DNA of 64,000 nt from Paragordius varius (lineage: Eukaryota; Animalia; Nematomorpha). The stretch is from the NCBI GenBank assembly GCA_964247055.1, contig OZ176055.1, forward strand, positions 9,734,001 through 9,798,000. The letters are read 5' to 3'. The notes below the pieces were generated by a model that saw nothing but the letters and a program-made list of their open reading frames with translations, searched no databases and was not told the DNA's origin. Position 1 is the first letter of the stretch; each line of letters starts with the position of its first letter. Shown here piece after piece: positions 51,301 to 63,736 of the stretch. Made by a program: the position numbers and the translations under genes.

Positions 51301-53395
51301 ATCCATCCGTTACCGAAGCTGCCACTTTTCAGTATTAGGATAGATAGAGTTAAAAATGTTGGTTGTTTTGATTAAGAATTAATTCGAAACAGATTGAACC
51401 GGACGGTTTAATAGACGACTTGGCGAACTGATTTTGATGCAACTGTCTTAATCGATTATCGTATAGTTCTACATCCATCCGTCACCGAAGCTGCCACTTT
51501 TAGGTATTAGGATAGATAGAGTTAAAAATGTTGGTTGTTTTGATTGAGAATTAATTCGAAACAGATTGAACCGGAGGGTTTAATAGACGACTTGGCGAAC
51601 TGATTTTAATGCGTCTTAATCGATTATCGTATAGTTTTACATCCATCCGTAACCGAAGCTGCCACTTTTCAGTATTAGGATAGATAGAGTTTAAAATGTT
51701 GGTTGTTTTGATTAAGAATTAATTCGAAACAGATTGAACCGGACGGTTTAATAGACGACTTGGCGAACTGATTTTGATGCAACTGTCTTAATCGATTATC
51801 GTATAGTTCTACATCCATCCGTCACCGAAGCTGCCACTTTTAGGTATTAGGATAGATAGAGTTAAAAATGTTGGTTGTTTTGATTGAGAATTAATTCGAA
51901 ACAGATTGAACCGGAGGGTTTAATAGACGACTTGGCGAACTGATTTTAATGCGTCTTAATCGGTTATCGTATAGTTTTACATCCATCCGTCACCAGAACT
52001 GCCACTTTTCAGTATTAGGATAGATAGAGTTAAAAATGTTGGTTGTTTTGATTGAGAATTAATTCGAAACAGATCGAACCGGACGGTTTAATAGACGACT
52101 TGGCCAACTGATTTTAATGCAACTGTCTTAATCGATTATCGTATAGTTTTACATCCATCCGTCACCGAAGCTGCCACTTTTCAGTATTAGGATAGATAGA
52201 GTTAAAAATCTTGGTTGTTTTGACTGAGAACTAATTCGAAACAGATTGTACCGGACGGTTTAATAGACGACTTGGCCAACTGATTTTAATGCAACTATAA
52301 TAGATTATCGTATTGTTTTGCATCCATCCGTCACCGAAGCTGCCACTTTTCAGTATTAGGATAGATAGAGTTAAAAATGTTGGTTGTTTTGAGTGAGAAC
52401 TAATTCGAAACAGATTGTACCCGACGGTTTAATAGACGACTTGGCGAACTGATTTTGATGCAACTGTCTTAATTGATTATCGTATAGTTCTACATCCATC
52501 CGTCAGCGAAGCTGCCACTTTTAGGTATTAGGATAGATAGAGTTAAAAATGTTGGTTGTTTTGATTGAGAATTAATTCGAAACAGATTGAACCGGAGGGT
52601 TTAATAGACGACTTGGCGAACTGATTTTAATGCGTCTTAATCGATTATCGTATACTTTTACATCCATCCGTCACCAAAACTGCCACTTTTCAGTATTAGG
52701 ATAGATAGAGTTAAAAATGTTGGTTGTTTTGATTGAGAATTAATTCGAAACAGATCGAACCGGACGGTTACTAGACGACTTGGCCAACTGATTTTAATGC
52801 AACTGTCTTAATCGATTATCGTATAGTTTTACATCCATCCGTCACCGAAGCTTCCACTTTTCAGTATTAGGATAGATAGAGTTAAAAATGTAGGTTGTTT
52901 TGATTGAGAATTAATTCGAAACAGATTGAACCGGACGGTTTAATAGACGACTTGGCGAACTGATTTTAATGCAACTGTCTTAATCGATTATCGTATAGTT
53001 TTACATCCATCCGTCACCGAAGCTGCCACTTTTCAGTATTAGGATAGATAGAGTTAAAAATGTTGGTTGTTTTGACTGAGAACTAATTCGAAACAGATTG
53101 AACCGAACGGTTTAATAGACGACTTGGCCAACCGATTTATGCAACGGTCTTAATTGGTTAGCGTATTGTTTTACATCCATCCGTCACCGAAACTGCCACT
53201 TTTCAGTATTAAGATAGATAGAGTTAAAAATGTTGGTTGTTTTAACTGAGAACTAATTCGAAACAGATTTTACCGGACGGTTTGTAGAGGACTTGGCTAA
53301 CTGATTTTAAAACCTTAAAGGATTATCATATTATTTAGTTTTACATCTATCCTTCACCGAAACCGCCATTTCAGTATTATGATAGATGGATGTAA
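42400..53395. repeat. Satellite array, 169-172-bp monomer, about 64 copies, with higher-order repeats
   Basis: Continuous head-to-tail monomers (aatcgattatcgtatagttttacatccatccgtcaccgaagctgcc...gcaactgtctt); 172-bp and 169-bp variants differ by a 3-nt indel. Monomer about 36% GC with 10 CpG, clearly above the flanks; edge monomers are more diverged. Confidence 0.97.
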
Positions 53396-53884
53396 GGTGT
53401 GTTAATTATTGTGTTAAAATTTTTAAAACATTAAATTTAATAAAATGATTGTTGCTTAAATTATAAAAACTCATGCTTAACATAATTTAACTAACCAAAA
53501 AAACCTCATATACTAAATATAATACTTTCAAAACCTAAAAACTCATAGACAAATATTTTTTAATAAAGACAACCATATTTTATATAAAGTAACATTTCAA
53601 TGTAAATTTAAATGCAAAAATTATTTAATCAATTTCTATTAATCCCAGTTTTGTAACCCAAATAGCTGGTTATTTCTGAAAAGATATGGTTGATGTTAAA
53701 AAATGTTATTAAATTATTACACTTTAGCTGTATAATATTAATTACTGTAAATTTTGTTCACAAATATTAATTGTGAAAATGCAAAATAAGTCTCAAACTA
53801 ACTACCGAATTATTAAAGATGATAACTTATGAAAGGCTTAAACACATTAATTTGTAATTGTGAATTTCCTCAACATATTTATGC

Positions 53885-54620
53885 AATCTGCGATACCCTG
53901 ATGATACGGTTCTCTAGACCGAATCTCATCCGGATACGATTGATTTAAATAGACTTACGTTGGAAGCAAGAGTGATGGTCTGAAGCTAAAACTATCTAAA
54001 TCTAAATAATCTTCAACGCCCTCATACCAATATCACTTAATCCTTCCTTTATAGACTTAAATCACTGCAAGTTTTCAGGTTTAATAATTGCATCTGACAG
54101 CACTTGAGATCCCGACATACGGGCACGCCTTGCTTTAGAACGCGGTACCATGAGCAAGCTGTTCAGAATTCGTAACTCTTCGGTAATAAGAGTTTAACCA
54201 AATTAGCCATTTTAAAGATGGTTTACCCTGTTGCTATTTGCGGGCTGAATTATGAGTGTGTATATTTACCGACAAAGCCATCATCACCTCATTTCAAATG
54301 TAATGCTTCCGGAAAATTTTGGGCATTTCCTGGAAAGCGAACATCTCCAATTCATAACTACTTAACTTCTTCAAATCAGATTATTACTTAATGATCTGGC
54401 GATCTACAAGCAATTAAAATATCTAGGCCACATCCTCCGATCCGATTCCCTGAAAAATTTTTTTTCTTTGGTTGGTCAATGGGATTCGCAAAAGGGGACC
54501 TAAAAAGCTTCTCGATATCATTAAATCAGTTACTAACCTTAACCCCTACCAAATTCGAAAGTCTCAAGAACGTTTGGAATGGAAAACACTTATTTATGAA
54601 AATAAAAGTCGCTATTGACT
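53885..54620 (+). mobile_element. Decayed RTE-clade LINE fragment including the RT catalytic motif
   Basis: NLRYPDDTVL (YADD-type motif), DIRARLAL, YPVA, FRKILGISWK and KYLGHILR, separated by stops and frameshifts. Confidence 0.75.
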
Positions 54621-55217
54621 AACTTCTATAAACAACAATAATATAAAAGATATTTTATCACCACTTTTTGTATGATATCCACTTAGTATAGGGGTCTCAT
54701 ACTATATAGACCAATTAAATGTTCTATTCATTTACCTATAATAGACTGATGGCTTAATCGATATCCTCTCATTTAAAAAAAATTTTATTAATGTTTGTTA
54801 AGCAAGGAATGTTATGAGGCAAATTTTTAACTTAACACAATAGATTGCCATATCAAGTAAAATTATTAAATTTCGCTAACAAAGTACTTTGTTTTTAATA
54901 GGACAAGTCACTCATTGAATGGTTAAAAAGGAAATTCATTACGTTTATAACTAACATATTTAATCAATTATTCTTTGGTTTCTTTTTTTTGGCAAATGCT
55001 TTAAGCCTTTGTCGTTTAAATGAATTATCTAAATATTATAAAATTTATTAAATATAAACTGTTTTATAGCCTAATAAACATTGTGTTCATTCTTTCATCT
55101 ATAACTTTTTAGCACAATGAAAACTCAAAAGACTGTACATCAATAAGCAGATTAAAGTTTTAGAAAGCTATACTCTAAGAAATAAATACAAGGGTAAAAA
55201 ATTAATAATTTGTAAAT

Positions 55218-55510
55218 CAGGGATGTCCAACACGAATTGCTTCTTGAGTCGCATTTTAAACTCTAATAACAGAGGGCCGCATTTTACAAAAATATATGGG
55301 CATTCATATGTAACATTAAATAATATAAAACTGTAAAATGCAAACACAATATAAGATTGTTTTTCAAGTTCTTGCCTATATTGTATAAAATTAGAAAATT
55401 GTTTAAGAAATGAGATTTTACTAAGATTTTATGAGCCTATTTTTATAAATTATGGATATCAAGATTTTCCCGAGCCGCACATAAAATGCTAAACGATTCC
55501 AGCCAGACAA
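55218..55510 (+). mobile_element. hAT-like non-autonomous element, left end and body
   Basis: CAGGGATGTCCAAC start with internal GAGGGCCGCA and GAGCCGCA motifs. Matching right-end type sequences GGGCCGTATGTGTTGGACACCCCTG at about 2993-3017 and GGACATCCCTG near 41971-41981. Confidence 0.45.
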
Positions 55511-56299
55511 TAATTTATTCGTTTTAAAAATTATGTTTTTAAATAAAAACTAATCAAAATTATATCAATATACACATTTTTACGAAATTTGTCGCTAATT
55601 TCAGGGTTTTGCTGGGAGAGGATCACAATCCTATCTTTGTTTAAATTATACTAAATCCATTACATTGCTCAACAAGGTTTTGTACCACCCCTTTTTTTTA
55701 CATTTTTTGTACTTAATGGCATGGAAAACCCGAAACAAAAAGATTCAATAGCCGCCAATAAGATTTTTTATTTAATTTTAAACTTTGTATTTAATTTTAA
55801 AAAACAATTATTCCTCGTGTACATATATTTAAATATTTAAACAAGCAAGTCAATACAACTGGTATAAGCCAGGTTTTTCATTATAATTTTAGAATGAAAA
55901 TTTAAAAGTCATCCAAATATACCAGCCCCAGTATACGATACCACAGAAGATTTTTTATTAACAAAGATTCTACAGAAAATGTTATTAATGATCCATACTT
56001 CAGCAAAATCTAAAATTGACTGCCAAATTTACCAATTAAATAAATAAATCGATCATCCAGGTAATAAAAGTGGCTTCCCAACATCCATCTAAAAATCAAA
56101 TTATAACGCATCCAATCATTTAGCACTAGGTATAAATAAACGATTTTTTGTAACAATCAACCGAAGAGATAAACCCTAATAAGTAAAAAAAATTACCAAA
56201 ATTAACAAAACAAATAGAGCATATCGAAAGCCGAAGGTTTAAACTGCAAAATGCCTCTTTTATTATTTTTTTAATATATGTTTATACGCGTTTATCTAA

Positions 56300-57060
56300 A
56301 CTTTGATGTTTAACTATTTTTTTCTCCCTGATATTTAAATAACATTTTTATATACAAAAGATAGAGTTTGGAACGCTTTATCAAATGATATTATTTTTAC
56401 AATATAATAAATTTTTATTGTAAAGTTATTAATTTTATCTTGTTTTTGAAAAATTGAAAAACCTATCAGTATAATAATAATCGACATGATCTAATTACTT
56501 TGTAAGCGCTGTTTATATTAAAATGTTAATAAGGAAGGAAATTATAGAAAAACATTTATATTTGAAATTCCTTATTTTGTTTCATTTTACAGTGTTCACA
56601 ACAAATATAGCTGAAATATATATATTATATTATCATAGGAAAATGTATCAGGATCATAGTGCTTTTAATTTTGGCCCTTTAAGTTAAGAAAGCAATTTTG
56701 TGGTAAGTACTCTATATCAGAAAATGCAGAGCACATTTTAAAATATTTTTTGATGAAAACCAAATGCTTCATTCCAAAAAATATCACTAAAAGCTATCAT
56801 AAACTACATACGATAAAAAAATTTAATTTTCGAATGCTCTTCTAAAATATGTATTTTAACTTAACGCAAAAATGCCGAGATTGCGCAATAAAAATTACAA
56901 ATATATGCTAAATTTTGGTATCAACTAAAAATATTTCTAAAAAATGCATACTTTTAACAAAAATTAATTTTTAGCAAAAAATTTTGTAGCATTCTTCATA
57001 CTATTTTAGTTAATGATGGAAACCATTAAAAACATTTTAAGGTATCATAAAAACACATTT
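56300..57060. mobile_element. Family D repeat fragment
   Basis: Aligns by eye to 33260-33560 and, inverted, to 33820-33900. Confidence 0.45.
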
Positions 57061-58142
57061 TCTGCATAATTCGATGTTAATGAAAATTTCTGGCACCTCG
57101 AATTTCAATTAGAATGTCGATTGTCTTATAATTCATAATAATTAAATATTGTGTTTTTTCACAAATATCACCATAATTTTTTGGATTGTGATAATATTCC
57201 TTTGTGTTGCTAAAATTCAAGATTTTGGCATCATGAGTGTCCAGCCTTATCGGAGTGCTGGTGTCAACATGTATTTTTACTCCATCTCCTCATTGATATG
57301 AAGGATTATAGTTTCTGTCCGGTGAATTAACATCGCTCATAAAATTAATTTGAAATAATTAGGCATGAATAATAAGATACCAAAAAGATTTTCTTCATAT
57401 ATAAGTTTTAGAGGGTAATAAATTTTAGTCAATTTAATAAAAAAATGTTATTTACTCAGAAAGGTATCTTATTTTTGAGTTTTTTATGTAAAAGGGCACT
57501 TAGCATATGTTCTTATATAATAATATTCAATAATAATGTTTCCAAGAAAACTAACTCTTTTGATATTATTAGATATCACATCATGAATTAATTGTTTAAT
57601 AATAATAATAATAGGAATATTAAAATACATGTTAGGCAGTTTATATTCCTCATTACATATCGATTTGCATAATCTTTTTAGAGTTAATGTAAACTGTTTA
57701 CCAATTTTTGTAAAAATCAAATATAGTATGGTATAGAAAACTATCCCCAATTTTAAAATTATCTGACTCAAAAAATTGAAATTTTGCTTTTATATGTTTG
57801 TTTCAAAATCTTAATATATGGGTAAATTTTTTTTCTCAAATTTAAATTTGCGGATAACATTCGACCTTTGATATGTAAAATTTTAAACATAGTTAAGGAA
57901 TTTATTAATAATTTAATACAATAGTAGAATAAAAATTAAAATTATACAGAAATGTTAATAAATGAAGAACATATTTTTTATAACTTAAGTTTTAGGTTCA
58001 AAAAATCTTTAGCAGTCTTTTGAATTGATGTTTTTACAATTACGAATTTTTTTACTGCATTAAAGATCAACACTTTTGCAACAGTTTTTTTTGAAAAAAA
58101 ATCTAAATGCTAACATCTTTAATAATAAGATTGAGTCTATTA

Positions 58143-58431
58143 CAGTAAAAATTGAAATCACACGGACAAATTGTAAAAATATGAAGATTTTTTCTAAATG
58201 ACAACCCTACTTTTTCAAACCTTAATTTTTCCTACATAAACTATTTGATTACATTATCAATTGATATAATTGAGTGTATTGACAATTTACATATCATCAC
58301 TGTTGTGCAACCCAAAACAATAGGTATTATTTGAAAAAATTGAATTTGAAAAAGTAGGGTTGTCTTTTAGAAAAAAAATATTTTTGTCTTTATATTTTTA
58401 CGTTTTGTCCGTATAATTTTAATTTTTACTG
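58143..58431. mobile_element. Tc1/mariner-type MITE family A
   Basis: TA-CAGT...ACTG-TA with both TIRs. Confidence 0.9.
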
Positions 58432-58534
58432 TAATTCCAAATTTCTTGATGCCACAATTATGAGTTATAAAAATTATTTGTCTTCTAGTTCTGTCTTTAG
58501 AACATCCCTTTTTACGGTAATAAAACCACATTTT

Positions 58535-60888
58535 CTACACATTTCCCTGTGGTTTAGAAAGCAACATTTCTTTAATTTCAAACAGAGTTTGTCGTTCATC
58601 CTTAGCGTTGAGTAAATCGTTGTATAAATTTTCCGTTTCAATAATATGACATTCAAGTTTAAGTACATCCACAAAAGGAATAATATCGGTGGAACCACTA
58701 TTCAAACATTTAATTGGACTGGCAAAAATTTGCTCAGTTTTTTTTAAAACATGAGCTGTTTCATCCAAAACTCGGGCTAAGTGTTTGACTTCTTTGCTAT
58801 ATTAAAATATAAAATTTGATCCCCAATTTAGAATAAAATTAAATTTGATAAATATGAGGTATAATTAGTTAAAAATTTTTAGGGCGTAATAAACACCAAT
58901 GTTAATTTTTAACAATAGTAAATATACTATATATAAGATTAAGTTAAATATAGGGGTATTTTAGAGTTGAGGTTCTTTAATTGAAAAAAAAATGGTGTGT
59001 ATAAAACTTACTTTGATGAAAATATTGATTCTGATTCGTAAGGCACAATATTTGTAAGGGCAATTCGATGATTTAAAATGCAAAGTGTTTTTTCCAATAT
59101 AGATGCTTCTCTTAAAGCGTTATCCATATTGTCCGTAATGGATTTCCAGTAATCTAACTAATATATATGATATCGAACATTTTACAACAAAATTATTTTG
59201 CAAATACAAGAGTAAAAATTATAATTATACGGACAAAATGTAAAAATATAAAGGCAATATTTTTTTTCTGAAGCAACCCCATACTTTTTAAACCTTATAT
59301 TATCCTGTATAAATCATTTAATTACTCTATCGCAAAATACATAATGGATTATGTTACAAATATACATCTTTATTTTATTCTTTACAGTTTTAAACAATGG
59401 TTATTGTATTTGAGAAAAAATTATTTGTGTTTATATTTTTACGTTTTGTCCATATATTTTTTTGATTTTCAAGATATAAGACATGGAATCACCATATGCG
59501 TAATATTAAATTGAATGTGTTATTAAATTTTAGCTATATTTCTTATTTTGCAAATTAAATATATAAAAAATTAAAAAAGTTTCCACCATAAAAAATGTTC
59601 ATTAAATTTTACAGTATTATAAATATCGTAAAAGTATTTTTTATAGGTTTAATTTTACATTAAAAAAATTTTACCTCTTGAAGTTTTAGTTTTTGACTTA
59701 AACGCAACTCTTGGATTTTAGTGTGAAGGCTTCGTTCATTGCTAGTGCTGGAATGTAATTCTTGATAATCTTTGATTTCTAATTCCAATTGTTCCTTTTA
59801 GAAAAAAGAATTTTTAGGTATTGTGGCTTGTTATGAGATATCCAAAAAATATTTTTTAAAAAATATTAAACTTTTTTGTTAACATATATTATATAATTTA
59901 TCGAAAATAGATAGTTATACTTTATTAAACTTAATAAACAAAATCATTGTGTTAAATTAAGCATGCTTTATATAGAGATGTAAATTGGTAACAAAATCAA
60001 TTATATATTTTACAGTTGTAAATAAATATATAGTTATATGGGAGAAATCAAAGTTAAAAAAGTATGGTGGTGATTGTCTTCTGTAAAAAAAATTGTCTTT
60101 TAGTTTTTTTCCGTATAATTTTTAAACCCATTATGATGCTTAAAAAAATATGCATGGCAAACTGGTAATTTTAGAGAACTTGTAAGTGTTTAAAAATAAT
60201 TGAGCCCTCTTTTTTCCTCCGATGGATTTGACTACACCTTTTATTTATCAAAATTTGAGCCTATTATTTTTTAATTATGAAAATAGGCTCCAAATTTCTT
60301 AAGAATATAAAAAACCTAAGTTTTATATTTTAAAAGATTTATAACCAAGTAAAACACATTTTTTATAAAATAACTATCATAATTATTATAAACTACTTAA
60401 TATTTATTTGTATAAGCCCTAGGATTAGCGGGACTGAATATTTCCCTTTCCAAAATATAAAAATTTACTTACTAAACTTTTTTCCATTGATTTACATAGC
60501 ATTTCTTCATTTTCGGAAAATGTAAAAAGATCTTGAACATATAGAGAAAACTCAATATCGAATTCATCATTACCTATGTTACTCTAATTTGTAAAACAAT
60601 ATTTACGATAAAACTGTTTGATCTAGTTTCAGGGATGATTTGTGAAATGTTCATTTGTGACATAAAATTTGTCATTCGTTGTAGATTAACGGAGGTCGAA
60701 GAAGATTTCATTTTACACATGTTTGCTAAATAGTTTAATCACGTTAAAATACTTTGGTTCATCGACAATTTGCGCTTGCCCATAGATAAAGAATCATATT
60801 TTTTTCTTGATTCTAGAGTTAGGCTTGAGATTTTTCTGTCAATGAAAGACATTCCGCTAGTAATTTCGTTAACTGATTTTCTACCCAT
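58535..60888 (-). CDS. Unidentified coiled-coil protein with a basic/Ser-rich N-terminus (weak HAUS8-like hint)
   Basis: Phase-consistent exons 60753-60888, 60607-60725, 60469-60583, 60397-60445, an uncertain exon near 60180-60240, then 59675-59794, 59012-59157 and 58535-58796. Heptad-rich segments EQLELEIKDYQELH and KEVKHLARVLDETAHVL. Confidence 0.55.
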
Positions 60889-61559
60889 GTTACATATGAA
60901 AATTTAAATGTATCGGCAACCGATCATACAATAATGTATTGCGTGTTTATATAATTGAAATTATTTTTTAAAACTTGAATTTAACACACTCGTTTTAGTC
61001 CTTCGATTCAAATTGAGGTAGTTGAATACCCCAGGCCTGTTTAAAATAAGATATTTAAAAAAGATGGTGAAAGCTAGAGTTTTTATTTTAAAAATATTAT
61101 AAATAAAGAAAAGCAAAACATTATTATCAAAAGTTTTTTAGATCAGGGTCCCGAAAATCCCAATTTTTTTGTTCTATTAGATCTCTAAATTCAAAAAACC
61201 GGGTTTGTGCGATAATTAAAAAATATGATAACTTTTGATATCAACATGTTTGCTAAAAATGAATACCCATTGCAAATTTAAGTTTTATCAATATTAAAAC
61301 GTATTTCATTCTATTTGTCATGACACTGTCTACAAAATCGGGGGTAAAAAAATATCTTGATGATATAATATATTCTGATCAAAAATGTATCAGGATTATT
61401 GTTGTGTTTTTGTTGGTTCTTACGTGTATAAGAAGTTATTTACATTTGCGTGCTATATATCATAAAACAAAATTTAAACATATTTGTAATAAATTTTTTT
61501 GAATCAAACCCCCAAAAAAATTTCATCAGAATACATAATAAACGACTTTTAAAAAACAA

Positions 61560-62950
61560 CTTTTTTATAATAGTTTAAATTTAGGTATCGGCTCCTAAAG
61601 CTCCAAAATTTTTGGCTCTTCTAAAACGAGCGGATGTCGGAATTTCACATTACAGTTTTTAAATATGCAATAAATTTTGGCATCTAAAATATTATAAAAA
61701 AAGGCATGCATTAAGTAAAATTTGATTTTTAGATTTATTTATATTTTATTAGTTTATGGTATATTTTAGTGATATCTTTTGGAGTAAAACATTTTCCTCA
61801 AAATTTTATTACAAAAAATGTGCTCAAATTTCGCCATTTTCTGATATGGATCACTTACCCTTATCACAAAGCCTAAATACTTTTCTTATATCAATAACCC
61901 CATATCCAAAAGCATCATAAGATTCTTGATACTCTTTACTATCGAAATATATTTATTTGATCATCATACTTTTTATGTACACAGATGATGGAAACGATCA
62001 AACGCTTTAAGATATTAAAACTTATTTTATCTAACTCGACGATGATAAAAAAATATAAAACCAAAAGATTTTTTCAAAGTTCTTAACCAAACGAACCTTA
62101 AATACAAGGTCATAATGTTTAGCATAATTGAATTTTAAAAAGTATTCATATAATATCCTAAAGCGTTTCTTAACCCGTTTTCATGATGATTTAATTCAAT
62201 ATAATATGCACTTGTTAAATCAAATTGAACGAATGCGGTTTTTAAAAATTAGTTGGTAACAAAATTTATTATATATTTATGCTTATCGCTCAATCTCGGC
62301 ATTTTATCGTTTATAACAGAACCAGCCTATTTTAGATAAACAAAATTTCGGTACTTTCAGAGCCGACATCTATAATTTAATTTTTTTAAAAAAATTTGTA
62401 TTTTATATAGTTGTGATATAATTAGTGATATTTATTGGATTAAAGCCTCTAGTTTTCAACAAAAAAAATATTTAAAAATGCGCAAATGCCATTTTCTGAG
62501 ATAGTACTTATCAAAAAAGGTTTATCATTCTTGGGGCCAAAATCGAAAACACCATGATAACCCTGATAATTTTCCAATATATATTTAAGTTGTAAACATT
62601 GTATTAAGATTGCGTGGATTAATTTTTAATAGTTTTATTGTTTGCTTATATATAATATATTATTACTTTTGGGGTGATTATAAACCCCAGAGAGATTTGA
62701 AATATAAATATTTAAAAAAATAGTAAAGGTAATAAACCGAATTTAAAAATATGCTTTCCTCAGTTTTTAGGCGTATTTAAAAAAATTTAAAGTAAAATAA
62801 AATTTGTAAAAAAATTATCCTAAACATTTTTGCCGTTATTTTAAGGATTTTTTTAATCACTAATTCAACCTGAAATATATTTTTGGTTAGAAAATGTAAA
62901 TAATTAACTTTAAAAACTTAGAAGCTACATTTTACCAGCAAAAACTTGTA
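61560..62950. mobile_element. Family D repeat fragments, at least two
   Basis: Reverse-complement matches to 33280-33560 at about 61600-61870 and 62350-62580; direct match to 34200-34300 at about 62720-62800. Confidence 0.45.
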
Positions 62951-63167
62951 TTTTATTTTAACAGCTGTGGTATCAAGAGTGTTTTGGAACTAGGGTTGTG
63001 CTACCTAGGTCATGACCAGGTCAATTAACCCGGTCATCACCAGGGTGACTATTTATTTTATGACCATGGTCACTTAATAAAAACAGTTGTTTTTTGAATT
63101 GATGGTTTGTTGTTATTTGTTATATCTTTAAAAAATACAAATTAAATATTTAAATATGCTTATTTAA

Positions 63168-63736
63168 CACTTCGATTCAAATTGAGGTATCTCAATACCC
63201 CAGACTAAATTTAAATTAATATTTTCAAAAAACTACTGAAGGAAACGGTCCCAATTTAAATTTATGCTTCTATCCTGATAAATAATATATAAATATGCCA
63301 AAACATCTTGATAAAATTTTGTTTTGAAAAAAAGCTCCATCGACGCCATTTTTATTTTACAAAATTTTAACAAAATATCGTCTTTATTTAATTTTAAGGG
63401 CAAAACTAAAGCTAATTTTTTATATAAATTACATCTAACATTGATAGAAATAGAAAAAGCGGTTTAGTTTGTATAATTTTTCAATTTTACAATTTGACAA
63501 ATGTCACGTTGACGAAATTTTTACCTTTCGGTTTAAGCTTAAAATAAGTAATATCAAGTATTTTTGAATAAATTTTTTTTTATATTTCGGTTTATTAATG
63601 TTAGATAAGTGCGAAAATTTGTCATGGTTTCGATTCCTTCTATATTTTTTAAAGAGTTTAATTTTAAACAGGCCTGGGGTATCCAACTACCCCAATTTGA
63701 ATCGAAGGACTAAAATGAGTGTGTTGTATCCAAGTG
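63168..63736. mobile_element. piggyBac-like non-autonomous element (family C)
   Basis: TTAA-CACTT...AAGTG-TTAA. The inner inverted repeat ttcgattcaaattgaggta..taccccag directly follows the left end but lies about 27 bp further in at the right end. A partial inverted copy starts near 60968. Confidence 0.6.

Noticed and set aside
42400-53395. CRISPR array or tandem coding repeat
   Set aside because: No unique spacers; whole monomers repeat; no cas genes; eukaryotic context; no long ORFs in any frame.
40520-60888. Functional link between the satellite and flanking mitotic genes (INCENP, possible HAUS8)
   Set aside because: Gene position next to a satellite implies no mechanism, and the HAUS8 assignment is itself weak; treated as coincidence.
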